The notes beneath the pieces are model-generated. The model ran no database searches, was not told the origin of the DNA, and saw nothing but the letters and a program-made list of their open reading frames with translations. Shown here piece by piece: positions 9,218-15,752 of a stretch of 24,000 bases of DNA. The stretch spans positions 87,517-111,516 of the forward strand of contig NZ_JACJPY010000004.1 of NCBI RefSeq assembly GCF_014696345.1. The letters are read 5' to 3'. The stretch comes from Pseudanabaena cinerea FACHB-1277 (GTDB lineage: Bacteria > Cyanobacteriota > Cyanobacteriia > Pseudanabaenales > Pseudanabaenaceae). How positions within the stretch are numbered: position 1 is the stretch's first letter; each line of letters begins with the position of its first letter. The translations under genes and the position numbers were made by a program.

Positions 9218-9331
9218 CAATCCCGTTGCACGCCGACCGTATCAATTTAGTCGGTCAAATCCGAAAGGTTACTAGCGGCGGGTGAACGGAGCCGTTAGGC
9301 TACAAGTCTAGGTAACGGAGCAAAAAAACTG

Positions 9332-9763
9332 ATGCCCAATGATATTGTGAAGTATGAGCCAGATGACGCTGGAAATATTGTGACTCATGCTCTACGACAA
9401 ATTTCTGAAAACTCAGAAATAGTTTTATCTGTCAAGGCAGTTAGCAATTGGATTACTGGTTTTACTTGCTACCTTAGCAACGAGGCTGGATTGTATCGAT
9501 CTCAAGAAGTCGATTTCAAAGAAACATTCAAAGATTTTAATCAGTATATTCGCCTATTCAATGCAGGATCTGATTTTCGTGCAAGATCTACCGCAAATTT
9601 TTGTAGACGAGTTCTTCATATGGAAGATTCAAAAACTAAACGCCATTTCATTATCCAGATTGTTAGCAGTTTTCGCCGCGATATGGGTAACTCAATAGAA
9701 AGATTTTCAGAGATTGAAGGACAAATTGTTAATGGATTTCTTGAAAACCCATTTGGGCGTTAA
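9332..9763 (+). CDS. hypothetical protein (143 aa)
   Basis: Clean ORF on the same strand as, and 114 nt downstream of, the STAND gene. The region is AT-rich and lacks HIP1. No recognisable motif. Confidence 0.45.
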   Translation: MPNDIVKYEPDDAGNIVTHALRQISENSEIVLSVKAVSNWITGFTCYLSNEAGLYRSQEVDFKETFKDFNQYIRLFNAGSDFRARSTANFCRRVLHMEDSKTKRHFIIQIVSSFRRDMGNSIERFSEIEGQIVNGFLENPFGR

Positions 9764-9795
9764 AATAAAGTTAATGTTTAAAATTTACTGCTGCT

Positions 9796-10149
9796 ATGCT
9801 CACTGCCTCTCGTACCGTGTCAGTTCCCTTATCTACTAATGCCGATGGTGTGATTTTGGTTGGCAACACTCGTGTAACCATTGATACAGTTGTAGGAAAT
9901 TACAAGCAAGGATTGTCACCTGAAGAAATTGTATCTCGCTACTCATCACTTAATCTATCAGATGTTTATAGCACTATTGCTTTTTATCTAAGCTATCAAC
10001 TAGAGGTTGAAGAATACCTAAAACAACGTCAGCGCATAGCTAAAGGAATTCGAGAAGAGAATCAACTACGGTTTAATTCTCAAGATTTGCGCGATCGCCT
10101 TCTTGCAAGTACGATCGCCGATCTTGTAGGGTGCGTTAATGAAATGTAA
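9796..10149 (+). CDS. DUF433-domain protein (antitoxin-like HTH)
   Basis: 117-aa ORF. GNTRVTIDTVVGNYKQGLSPEEIVSRYSSLNLSDVYSTIAFY fits the DUF433 pattern. The last ~11 codons and the stop lie inside REP copy A. Confidence 0.6.
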   Translation: MLTASRTVSVPLSTNADGVILVGNTRVTIDTVVGNYKQGLSPEEIVSRYSSLNLSDVYSTIAFYLSYQLEVEEYLKQRQRIAKGIREENQLRFNSQDLRDRLLASTIADLVGCVNEM

Positions 10150-10206
10150 CGCACCTCATCTGATATTCAAAATGCGTGCGTTACGCTGACGCTAACACAC
10201 CCTACA
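10112..10206 (+). repeat. REP/REPIN-like element family 1, copy A (full)
   Basis: Flank CGATCGCCGATCTT plus an 80-bp core (10126-10205): GTAGGGTGCGTTA-ATGAAATG-TAACGCACC-spacer-GTGCGTTA-CGCTGACGC-TAACACACCCTAC. Confidence 0.85.
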
Positions 10207-10227
10207 ACATTTCTATATTTCCGATGA

Positions 10228-10779
10228 TTAATCATCCCAAGAGCCTTGAGGTTTGGCTATACGTTCACCACTACCCCAATCCTTGGGATAGACACCTTGA
10301 GTAATGAACCGATGAATACTCGAATATTGCCAATCTTGAGGATTCTCACATAAACCATGCCTCACTGGATTATCATGAATATAATCGCAGTGAATCGCAA
10401 AATCTTTCTCATCACGAATTAAATGTTCCCAAAATCGGCGTTGCCAAAGATTGCTTTCCCCACGCTTCTCTCTTGACTGGGAAATATCACGATTTACTTC
10501 TAATAGCTTTCCATAATGTTTTGTGACGTAAGTTTTGATTAATCTTAATCGTACTGATAAATCACGATCATCAGGCGGTAAAGTCCACAAACAATGGAAA
10601 TGATCGGGCAATAGAACAAAAGCATCAATAGTCAAAGGATACTTCACCCTCACCTTTTCAATCGATTCCCTAAGTGCTTTACGAGCCACATCACAACATA
10701 ACCAAGGTTCACGCTGATAAGTAACCTGAGTAATGAAAAAAGTACCTCCCAATACATGAGATCTTCGATAGTTAGACAT
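10228..10779 (-). CDS. REP-associated tyrosine transposase (RAYT, IS200/IS605-like Y1 HUH transposase)
   Basis: HUH motif in LLPDHFHCLW and a catalytic-Tyr motif in CDYIHDNPVRHGL. It is flanked on both sides by full REP copies A and B. The start is set at MSNYRR (10779), because the longer ORF to 10851 reads through REP B. Confidence 0.8.
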   Translation of the reverse strand: MSNYRRSHVLGGTFFITQVTYQREPWLCCDVARKALRESIEKVRVKYPLTIDAFVLLPDHFHCLWTLPPDDRDLSVRLRLIKTYVTKHYGKLLEVNRDISQSREKRGESNLWQRRFWEHLIRDEKDFAIHCDYIHDNPVRHGLCENPQDWQYSSIHRFITQGVYPKDWGSGERIAKPQGSWDD

Positions 10780-10812
10780 TTGCGTCTGAAGATAACTGAC
10801 ATAGTTAATATA

Positions 10813-10903
10813 CGCCGATCTTGTAGGGTGCGTTAATGAAATGTAACGCACCTCATCTAATGGTCAAAATTCGTGCGTTACGCTGACGCTAACACACCCT
10901 ACA
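10813..10903 (+). repeat. REP/REPIN-like element family 1, copy B (full)
   Basis: The core at 10823-10902 is nearly identical to copy A. Confidence 0.85.
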
Positions 10904-10983
10904 TTTGTTGTACCTTAAACGGGATAAGTTCTTAAGGCTACTTATTGGAACTGAATCACAGCAAAATTTGATACAATAGCTAC

Positions 10984-11256
10984 ATGAAATTTGAGTGGGA
11001 TAAGAACAAAGCGGATCGTAACTTTTCAAAGCACGGAGTTTCCTTCGATGAGGCAAAAACCGTCTTCGATGATCCCCTTTATGTTGACTTTTACGATTCA
11101 CGCCACTCGGACAAAGAAGATCGATTCCTTATTGTTGGTGAATCTAGTCAAGGACGTTTGCTGATTGTTTCGTATACTGAGAGAAGAAACTCAATTCGCA
11201 TTATTAGTACAAGAGAAGTCACAAGATCGGAGCGTGAAGCATATGAAGAAGGTTGA
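10984..11256 (+). CDS. brnT: BrnT-family (DUF497) toxin
   Basis: 90-aa ORF. MKFEWDKNKADRNFSKHGVSFDEAKTVFDDP is the BrnT/DUF497 signature. Confidence 0.8.
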   Translation: MKFEWDKNKADRNFSKHGVSFDEAKTVFDDPLYVDFYDSRHSDKEDRFLIVGESSQGRLLIVSYTERRNSIRIISTREVTRSEREAYEEG

Positions 11257-11506
11257 GTTAGAGATGGAAGACGATCTTCTAGATGAATATGATCTAAAAA
11301 AATTGCGCGTGAGAAGGCTAGGCTCAGGGCGAAAGAGTTTTGGCACTGCAATGGTACGTCTAGATCCTGATGTAGCAGAAATATTTTCTAGTGCAGATGC
11401 AGTTAATGAAGCCCTAAGATTTTTGATCAAAGTGACGCGGCAAAATCAGCCACCCATCCTCACAACGCAGCCTAACACAGCGTTGGAACCGACTACCGAA
11501 AGTTAG
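11243..11506 (+). CDS. brnA: BrnA-family antitoxin
   Basis: It overlaps the brnT stop by 14 nt. The LDPDVAEIF...VNEALRFLI motif is typical of BrnA (ex-DUF4415). The start chosen is the internal ATG at 11243. Confidence 0.65.
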   Translation: MKKVELEMEDDLLDEYDLKKLRVRRLGSGRKSFGTAMVRLDPDVAEIFSSADAVNEALRFLIKVTRQNQPPILTTQPNTALEPTTES

Positions 11507-11516
11507 TCTAAAAAAT

Positions 11517-11612
11517 GCGATCGCCGATCTTATAGGGTGCGTTAATGAAATGTAACGCGCCTTATCTAATGGTCAAAATGCGTGCGTTACGCTGACGCTA
11601 ACACACCCTACA
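11517..11612 (+). repeat. REP/REPIN-like element family 1, copy C (full; GTAG changed to ATAG)
   Basis: The core at 11532-11611 is aligned by eye to copies A, B and D. Confidence 0.85.
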
Positions 11613-11667
11613 TTTCCTAGTCGGCTATAATACTGGACAAGGCAATGATCTAGGAAAACTTATAATC

Positions 11668-11943
11668 ATGGCAGTGCGTCAACCCCGCTATAGCAAAGAA
11701 GAATTTGCCCAACGTGGCGATCTAATTTATCAAACGCAGATACGTCCACAGGTCGAATCAGGTAATCACGGCAAAATAGTTGCTATTGATATTGAGACTG
11801 GAGATTTTGAGATAGCCAATGATACAATGACCGCCACTCGCCGCCTTCGAGAACGTTTGCCCGACTCCCAAACTTGGGTAATCCGAATCGGCTATCGTGC
11901 AGTTCATCGTTTCGGTGCGCGGAGCCTGAAAGAAAAGATATGA
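11668..11943 (+). CDS. small conserved partner protein of a retropepsin-like protease
   Basis: 91-aa ORF whose stop overlaps the next start (ATGA at 11940-11943). No family name could be confirmed. Confidence 0.5.
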   Translation: MAVRQPRYSKEEFAQRGDLIYQTQIRPQVESGNHGKIVAIDIETGDFEIANDTMTATRRLRERLPDSQTWVIRIGYRAVHRFGARSLKEKI

Positions 11944-12326
11944 TGCAAGGATACGTCAATAAGAATTGTGAAGCCACGATTCTTGTAGTCGTTCGTAACA
12001 ATGCCAAACTAAAATCTATTAACACTGTCATTGATACAGGATTTACTGGTTTCCTAAGCCTCCCGAACAACATCATTACTGAACTGGGTTTGCCATGGAG
12101 TTATCGCGATCGCGGAACATTAGGAGACGGTAGTGAGGTTTTGTTTGATATCTATGACGCAGTAGCTATTTGGGATGGCAAAGCTAAAGAGATTGAAGTA
12201 AATTCAGCAGAAACAGATCCATTGATTGGGATGAGTATGCTCCGTGGGTATCGACTGCAAGTAGATACAATTGAGGGCGGATTGGTAATAATTACAGACT
12301 TGTCAGAGCGATCGCCGATCTTGTAG
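11940..12326 (+). CDS. retropepsin-like (clan AA) aspartic protease
   Basis: VIDTGFTGFLSLP contains the D-T-G catalytic triplet in the usual hydrophobic context. Start taken at MMQGYV (11940). The stop codon TAG lies inside REP copy D (cttgTAGggtg). Confidence 0.6.
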   Translation: MMQGYVNKNCEATILVVVRNNAKLKSINTVIDTGFTGFLSLPNNIITELGLPWSYRDRGTLGDGSEVLFDIYDAVAIWDGKAKEIEVNSAETDPLIGMSMLRGYRLQVDTIEGGLVIITDLSERSPIL

Positions 12327-12403
12327 GGTGCGTTAATGAAATGTAACGCACCTTATCTAATGTTCAAGATTCGTGCGTTACGCTGACGCTAACACACCCT
12401 ACA
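12308..12403 (+). repeat. REP/REPIN-like element family 1, copy D (full)
   Basis: Core at 12323-12402. Confidence 0.85.
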
Positions 12404-12423
12404 ACTATAACTAAGATTAAGCC

Positions 12424-12687
12424 ATGTTAGCTACAGAACCTTCTACAAAGATAAATGTTAAACAGACATTGATTCAAGAAATCGATCAGACTTCAGAGGC
12501 TCTTTTAAGCGAAGTTCTAGACTTCCTTTTGTTTATTAGAGCTAAACATACAGATGTTGTTGAATTAGTAGAAGATTATGATGATTCCAAGGAGAAAATC
12601 TTAGAAGATCTGAGGCATTCCTTAGAAGATGCTAAAGCAGGTAGAGTTCACGATATTTCTGAACTTTGGGATGGGATTGATGTCTAG
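12424..12687 (+). CDS. putative antitoxin (87 aa)
   Basis: Acidic small ORF whose stop overlaps the downstream toxin start (ATG 12680, TAG 12685-12687). Confidence 0.5.
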   Translation: MLATEPSTKINVKQTLIQEIDQTSEALLSEVLDFLLFIRAKHTDVVELVEDYDDSKEKILEDLRHSLEDAKAGRVHDISELWDGIDV

Positions 12688-13021
12688 CGATAATCATAAA
12701 TTGAAGATTCAGTTTACAGATGTTTTTAAGCGTCAAGTTCGAGGTTTGGCAAAGCGCTATAAAAGGATTAAATTAGATATTCAACCAGTTTTAGATCAAC
12801 TTCAGAGTGGTGACTTAGTTGGCGATCAGATCCAAGGTACTGGCTTTACAGTATTTAAGGTTCGCATCAAAAATAGCGATATTCAGAAGGGTAAAAGCGG
12901 GGGCTATAGGTTGATTTACTATATTAAAACCTCTGAGAATATTTTATGTGTTTTTTGTCAAAGCACCGAATTTTATTCAGAAAAGTCAGGTGCGTTATAT
13001 TGTATTAACGCACCCTACTGA
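12680..13021 (+). CDS. RelE/ParE-HigB-like toxin, C-terminus replaced by a REP half-element
   Basis: KGKSGGYRLIYYIKTSENI is a RelE/Gp49-type signature. From ~12969 onward the reading frame runs through REP copy E and stops at the TGA following CCCTAC. Confidence 0.6.
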   Translation: MSSDNHKLKIQFTDVFKRQVRGLAKRYKRIKLDIQPVLDQLQSGDLVGDQIQGTGFTVFKVRIKNSDIQKGKSGGYRLIYYIKTSENILCVFCQSTEFYSEKSGALYCINAPY

Positions 13022-13033
13022 ATTGGCGATCGC
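12969..13033 (-). repeat. REP family 1, copy E (half element, inverted, variant loop)
   Basis: AATTTTATTCAGAAAAGTCAGGTGCGTTA-TATTGTAT-TAACGCACCCTAC...GGCGATCGC shares its spacer with copy G. Confidence 0.7.
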
Positions 13034-13040
13034 ACTATAA

Positions 13041-13424
13041 TCATTCAGCAGTAATGTTATTAGACTTTTGAAGGTCAATCAGGTCAGCTACAGAAGCGCT
13101 GATCACAGATATCTTTCTGACTGGATTAATGCGAGCATTTAGCCATTTTTGAAATGACTTTTGACTCTCTCCCGAAGGTTGACCTAAAATCAAATTTTTA
13201 GTGCTGATATCTTCATCTAGTTGCTCCCAGTGAATTCCTTCACCTTGACTAATAGTACGCCAGTCATTACGTTCTTCTTGGGAAGCATTAAGCAGTCTTG
13301 GATACCATGCCAGTGGAACAGAAATTGTCCGTCCATCTGATAGATCGACTGATAAAGTATCGTCTGTGATGGTTACGTCTTGAATTGTTGGTATTTCAAG
13401 GAGTTCAATCGTTAAAGAAGTCAT
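13041..13424 (-). CDS. DUF2442-domain protein
   Basis: 127-aa ORF. LSVDLSDGRTISVPLAWYPRL...GIHWEQLDEDIS fits DUF2442. It overlaps the upstream DUF4160 gene by 20 nt. Confidence 0.7.
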   Translation of the reverse strand: MTSLTIELLEIPTIQDVTITDDTLSVDLSDGRTISVPLAWYPRLLNASQEERNDWRTISQGEGIHWEQLDEDISTKNLILGQPSGESQKSFQKWLNARINPVRKISVISASVADLIDLQKSNNITAE

Positions 13425-13641
13425 TCCATCCTGCCAGCAGTTGCTCTTGATGTTCTTGAATTAGTTTTTGAATATGATTAATTTCTGTGCGGCTAAATCC
13501 TTTGTTTTTCTGTAGGCGGATTGGGGTAAGCCAAAATTTAGCTTGGTCTTGATCTCGCTCAATATGTATGTGCGGTGGTTCATCGCGATCGCCTGCATAG
13601 CAGAAAAAGCGGTAAGCACCGACTCTTAATAATGTTGGCAT
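13405..13641 (-). CDS. DUF4160-domain protein
   Basis: 78-aa ORF. YRFFCYAGDRDEPPHIHIERD fits the DUF4160 signature. Confidence 0.7.
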   Translation of the reverse strand: MPTLLRVGAYRFFCYAGDRDEPPHIHIERDQDQAKFWLTPIRLQKNKGFSRTEINHIQKLIQEHQEQLLAGWNDFFND

Positions 13642-13760
13642 TTGAGGATATAGGTTTATAGCTAAACATTAGCTGATATCAATTTGACCGTCAATATCTA
13701 GTCACCCTATCATCAATAAGTTTACCATGCGCCAAAACAACTAGTTATCGTCAACTATTG

Positions 13761-13808
13761 GGTACATTCTATTTCATTAATACACCGTACATGATTGGCG
13801 AAGGTCGC
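13761..13808 (-). repeat. REP family 1, degenerate half copy
   Basis: GGTACATTCTATTTCATTAATACACCGTACATGATTGGCGAAGGTCGC aligns to the hairpin-plus-flank of the family with about 10 substitutions. Confidence 0.45.
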
Positions 13809-13822
13809 ACAGATTTTATCTA

Positions 13823-13916
13823 GTAGCGTGAGTTAGCAGAGCGTAACGCACAAGTAATTAGCATTAAATAAGGTGCGTTACATTTCATTAACGCACCCTA
13901 CAAGATCGGCGATCGC
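13823..13916 (-). repeat. REP/REPIN-like element family 1, copy F (full length, inverted, distal half diverged)
   Basis: It ends with GGTGCGTTACATTTCATTAACGCACCCTACAAGATCGGCGATCGC. The proximal part GTAGCGTGAGTTAGCAGAGCGTAACGCAC is a diverged second hairpin. Confidence 0.75.
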
Positions 13917-13940
13917 ATTTATAGTTAGTTAGATTCTTTT

Positions 13941-14189
13941 TTAAAGTCGATTATTAACATTTAAAATAGTCAGACCAATAATTTCATCATTTTGATAGCG
14001 GATTAAAATATTTTCATCGGTGAGTTCACTATCATCGGCAGCAAGGGCGGGTTGATGAAAATTGATGTATAACACATCAGCTTCGACATCATAAAATGTC
14101 CAAGTATTCTTCTTGGGTAGAGTTTTAATTGCATTAGCTAAGTTAAGATAGCTAGGAATTTTGAGGGGAGTTAAAGGGGTTGTGACCAT
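13941..14189 (-). CDS. DUF2283-domain protein (antitoxin-like)
   Basis: 82-aa ORF. FYDVEADVLYINF...ILIRYQNDEIIGLTILN fits DUF2283. Confidence 0.6.
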   Translation of the reverse strand: MVTTPLTPLKIPSYLNLANAIKTLPKKNTWTFYDVEADVLYINFHQPALAADDSELTDENILIRYQNDEIIGLTILNVNNRL

Positions 14190-14482
14190 ACTTCTTTACG
14201 TTTGTTGAGAGAATTGATACGTTTAGTAATATAGGCGGTGATGACAAACCCGTCTTCTTGTGCTTCTTTATAAATTGTAACCAAATGCTTATTATCACTT
14301 AGCAACTTGATCGCTAAAAGCTCACCATCATTGCCTTCTAAAATTCTATCAGGATTTTCTATGGTTTGGATGATTTCGGGCTGAAGGTGCAGAAGTTCGG
14401 GATGCCCTTCGGTTATGTGTTGCCATCTTTCTTCAGTTAGGCGAATGGTTAGTCCGCTTTTGGCGGATGCGATCAAGGGCAT
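14171..14482 (-). CDS. small toxin-like partner protein (103 aa), family not recognised
   Basis: It overlaps the downstream DUF2283 gene by 19 nt. This is a two-gene architecture like the neighbouring TA pairs. Confidence 0.45.
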   Translation of the reverse strand: MPLIASAKSGLTIRLTEERWQHITEGHPELLHLQPEIIQTIENPDRILEGNDGELLAIKLLSDNKHLVTIYKEAQEDGFVITAYITKRINSLNKRKEVWSQPL

Positions 14483-14570
14483 AGGGGTTGTCGAGTAAGA
14501 GGGTTGCTAAGTTATCAATCTAAATCTAAATTGCCCCCTCATCATCAAATTTACTATTCGGTAACTCATT

Positions 14571-14632
14571 CAATTTTATTCAGAAAAATAAGGTGCGTTA
14601 CATTTCATTAACGCACCCTACAAGATCGGCGG
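14571..14632 (-). repeat. REP family 1, copy G (half element, inverted)
   Basis: AATTTTATTCAGAAAAATAAGGTGCGTTACATTTCATTAACGCACCCTACAAGATCGGCGG. It abuts the stop codon of the 14633-15031 gene. Confidence 0.75.
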
Positions 14633-15031
14633 TTACTGACAAGCACCTATAATTCTTGGATCAATAACTATTCCACTAATACGCCTATTTAAAGTAAGAT
14701 AACCTTGGAAGTTACCTTCTTCATCAACAATAATTGGAGGATTTGTTGCCCTAGGGTTGCAGGCACTAACATCTGAAAACTTACTTCCCCAGTTTCCAAA
14801 TCTGTTATATATACTTGTATCAGAAAATCGGCTTCCAAAGTCACCGAATCTATTAGACAAAGAGTTATCATCAAATTTGTTGCAATTAATACATCCAAGA
14901 AAAACAATACCTCGCCTTCCATTTTCTAAAGAACCATAGATTAGTAAAGGTGATTCAGCAAAAGAATTATCTACAAGCAAGAAAAAGCTAGAAAGCAAAG
15001 AAAAAAAAGACAGTTTTTTATGTATTTTCAT
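14633..15031 (-). CDS. secreted 4-Cys protein with duplicated NRFG-x-(F/W)GS(R/K)FSD-x-S motif
   Basis: 132-aa ORF with an N-terminal signal-peptide-like MKIHKKLSFFSLLSSFFLLVDNSFA. It carries the tandem motifs NRFGDFGSRFSDTS and NRFGNWGSKFSDVS and four Cys residues. Very AT-rich. Confidence 0.55.
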   Translation of the reverse strand: MKIHKKLSFFSLLSSFFLLVDNSFAESPLLIYGSLENGRRGIVFLGCINCNKFDDNSLSNRFGDFGSRFSDTSIYNRFGNWGSKFSDVSACNPRATNPPIIVDEEGNFQGYLTLNRRISGIVIDPRIIGACQ

Positions 15032-15109
15032 ATATTTTAAATGTTAAATGTGCCTAACACCAAACAAATTCTTGATTTTGGAGCTTTTATAATGTTGAAA
15101 TATAAGAGT

Positions 15110-15736
15110 TTATTTTTTGAATTTTCTGTACTCATCCCTACGAAAGATGTAATCAGTATGACTAGGAGTAATATTCCAAATAGAAAAAATAATTTCTTCT
15201 TCGTTAAATCCCTTCGCTTCAAAGAATCTGATTTTCTTTTTTAGGTCTGTACTTGTAGAATCATTTTCTTGATAAGACTTCTCTCCTTCCTTGACTCCGC
15301 TTTCTCTAGCTTTTCTTAAGTCTTCTTTTGTTGCAGTCATTCCACTGGAAAAATAAAGTTCTGCTGCTTTCCCCATACCGTATGTCCAGCCATAAACAAA
15401 ACTAGAGCCGACTAATCCTCCTGCTCCTGGCAAACCAATTTTGAATAAAGCTAGAATTGTCTGCTGTCCAATAATACCACCGCCTATTACTGCTACGATT
15501 TCACCTACAGATTTTTCGCTAATTTTGTAGCCATAAACATTTCCAATAGCTCTAACCATAAGATACTGAACGGGCGTAATTGTAACAATATCAGCAAATG
15601 GAACAGGAGCTAATGCTAGGGTTGCACCAGCAGCACCAGCTACTACCCTAATCTGAGAACAAATCTTTTTTCTCTCATCATCATTACGGTCTGAGAAATC
15701 TCCGTTAATATATTCATATATATCGTCTAAGTTCAT
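15110..15736 (-). CDS. DUF697-like glycine-rich membrane protein
   Basis: 208-aa ORF. ALAPVPFADIVTITPVQYLMVRAIGNVYG and LPGAGGLVGSSFVYGWTYGMGKAA match the DUF697/YcjF-type pattern as I recall it. The C-terminal tail is charged. Confidence 0.55.
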   Translation of the reverse strand: MNLDDIYEYINGDFSDRNDDERKKICSQIRVVAGAAGATLALAPVPFADIVTITPVQYLMVRAIGNVYGYKISEKSVGEIVAVIGGGIIGQQTILALFKIGLPGAGGLVGSSFVYGWTYGMGKAAELYFSSGMTATKEDLRKARESGVKEGEKSYQENDSTSTDLKKKIRFFEAKGFNEEEIIFSIWNITPSHTDYIFRRDEYRKFKK

Positions 15737-15752
15737 AACGCTTTAGGTTAAG

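Noticed and set aside
7282-9245. Minus-strand ORFs 7282-7572, 8199-8408 and 9054-9245, inside the STAND gene.
   Set aside because: These are antisense shadows with no motifs.
9212-9274. Possible canonical attC after the STAND gene. The stop codon lies in GTATAAC, followed by AATCCCGTTGCACGCCGAC. This resembles an inverse core plus the left arm of classical 59-be sites. GTTACTA lies at 9268-9274.
   Set aside because: The right half does not pair with the left. Only a 5-bp GACCG/CGGTC stem forms, and GTTACTA is a poor GTTRRRY core. This cannot be supported without a covariance-model score.
9291-9321. GCCGTTAGGC (a perfect GTTAGGC core) with hairpin CCGTTA-n15-TAACGG, upstream of the 143-aa gene.
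   Set aside because: No matching inverse core (GCCTAAC) lies at an appropriate distance on the same strand. The structure is too short for an attC.
10780-10851. The N-terminal 24 aa (MRYISLTHPTRSAYINYVSYLQTQ) of the 207-aa ORF in the track.
   Set aside because: These codons are a read-through of REP copy B. The RAYT homology begins at the internal MSNYRR.
10889-12076. Minus-strand ORFs 10889-11101, 11148-11351, 11191-11430 and 11783-12076, plus the N-terminal extensions of the 11165 and 11874 ORFs.
   Set aside because: They lie antisense to, or out of frame with, the BrnTA and protease modules, whose family motifs are clear. The internal starts give coupled gene pairs.
10112-14632. The regularly spaced 80-95 bp repeats considered as a CRISPR array.
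   Set aside because: The spacing is 0.6-0.8 kb and is filled by protein-coding modules. The repeats are far longer than CRISPR repeats and occur in both orientations. No cas genes are present.
14689-14939. ORFs 14689-14922(-) and 14757-14939(+), inside the secreted repeat protein gene.
   Set aside because: These are embedded alternative-frame ORFs in AT-rich DNA.
15037-15222. A 61-aa minus-strand ORF with a convincing-looking TM helix (LFFLFGILLLVILITSFVG), filling the gap between the DUF697-like gene and the secreted repeat protein.
   Set aside because: It overlaps the 3' end of the DUF697-like gene by 113 nt in another frame. In DNA this AT-rich, Phe/Leu/Ile/Lys-rich ORFs arise by chance. 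It is kept only as a possibility.
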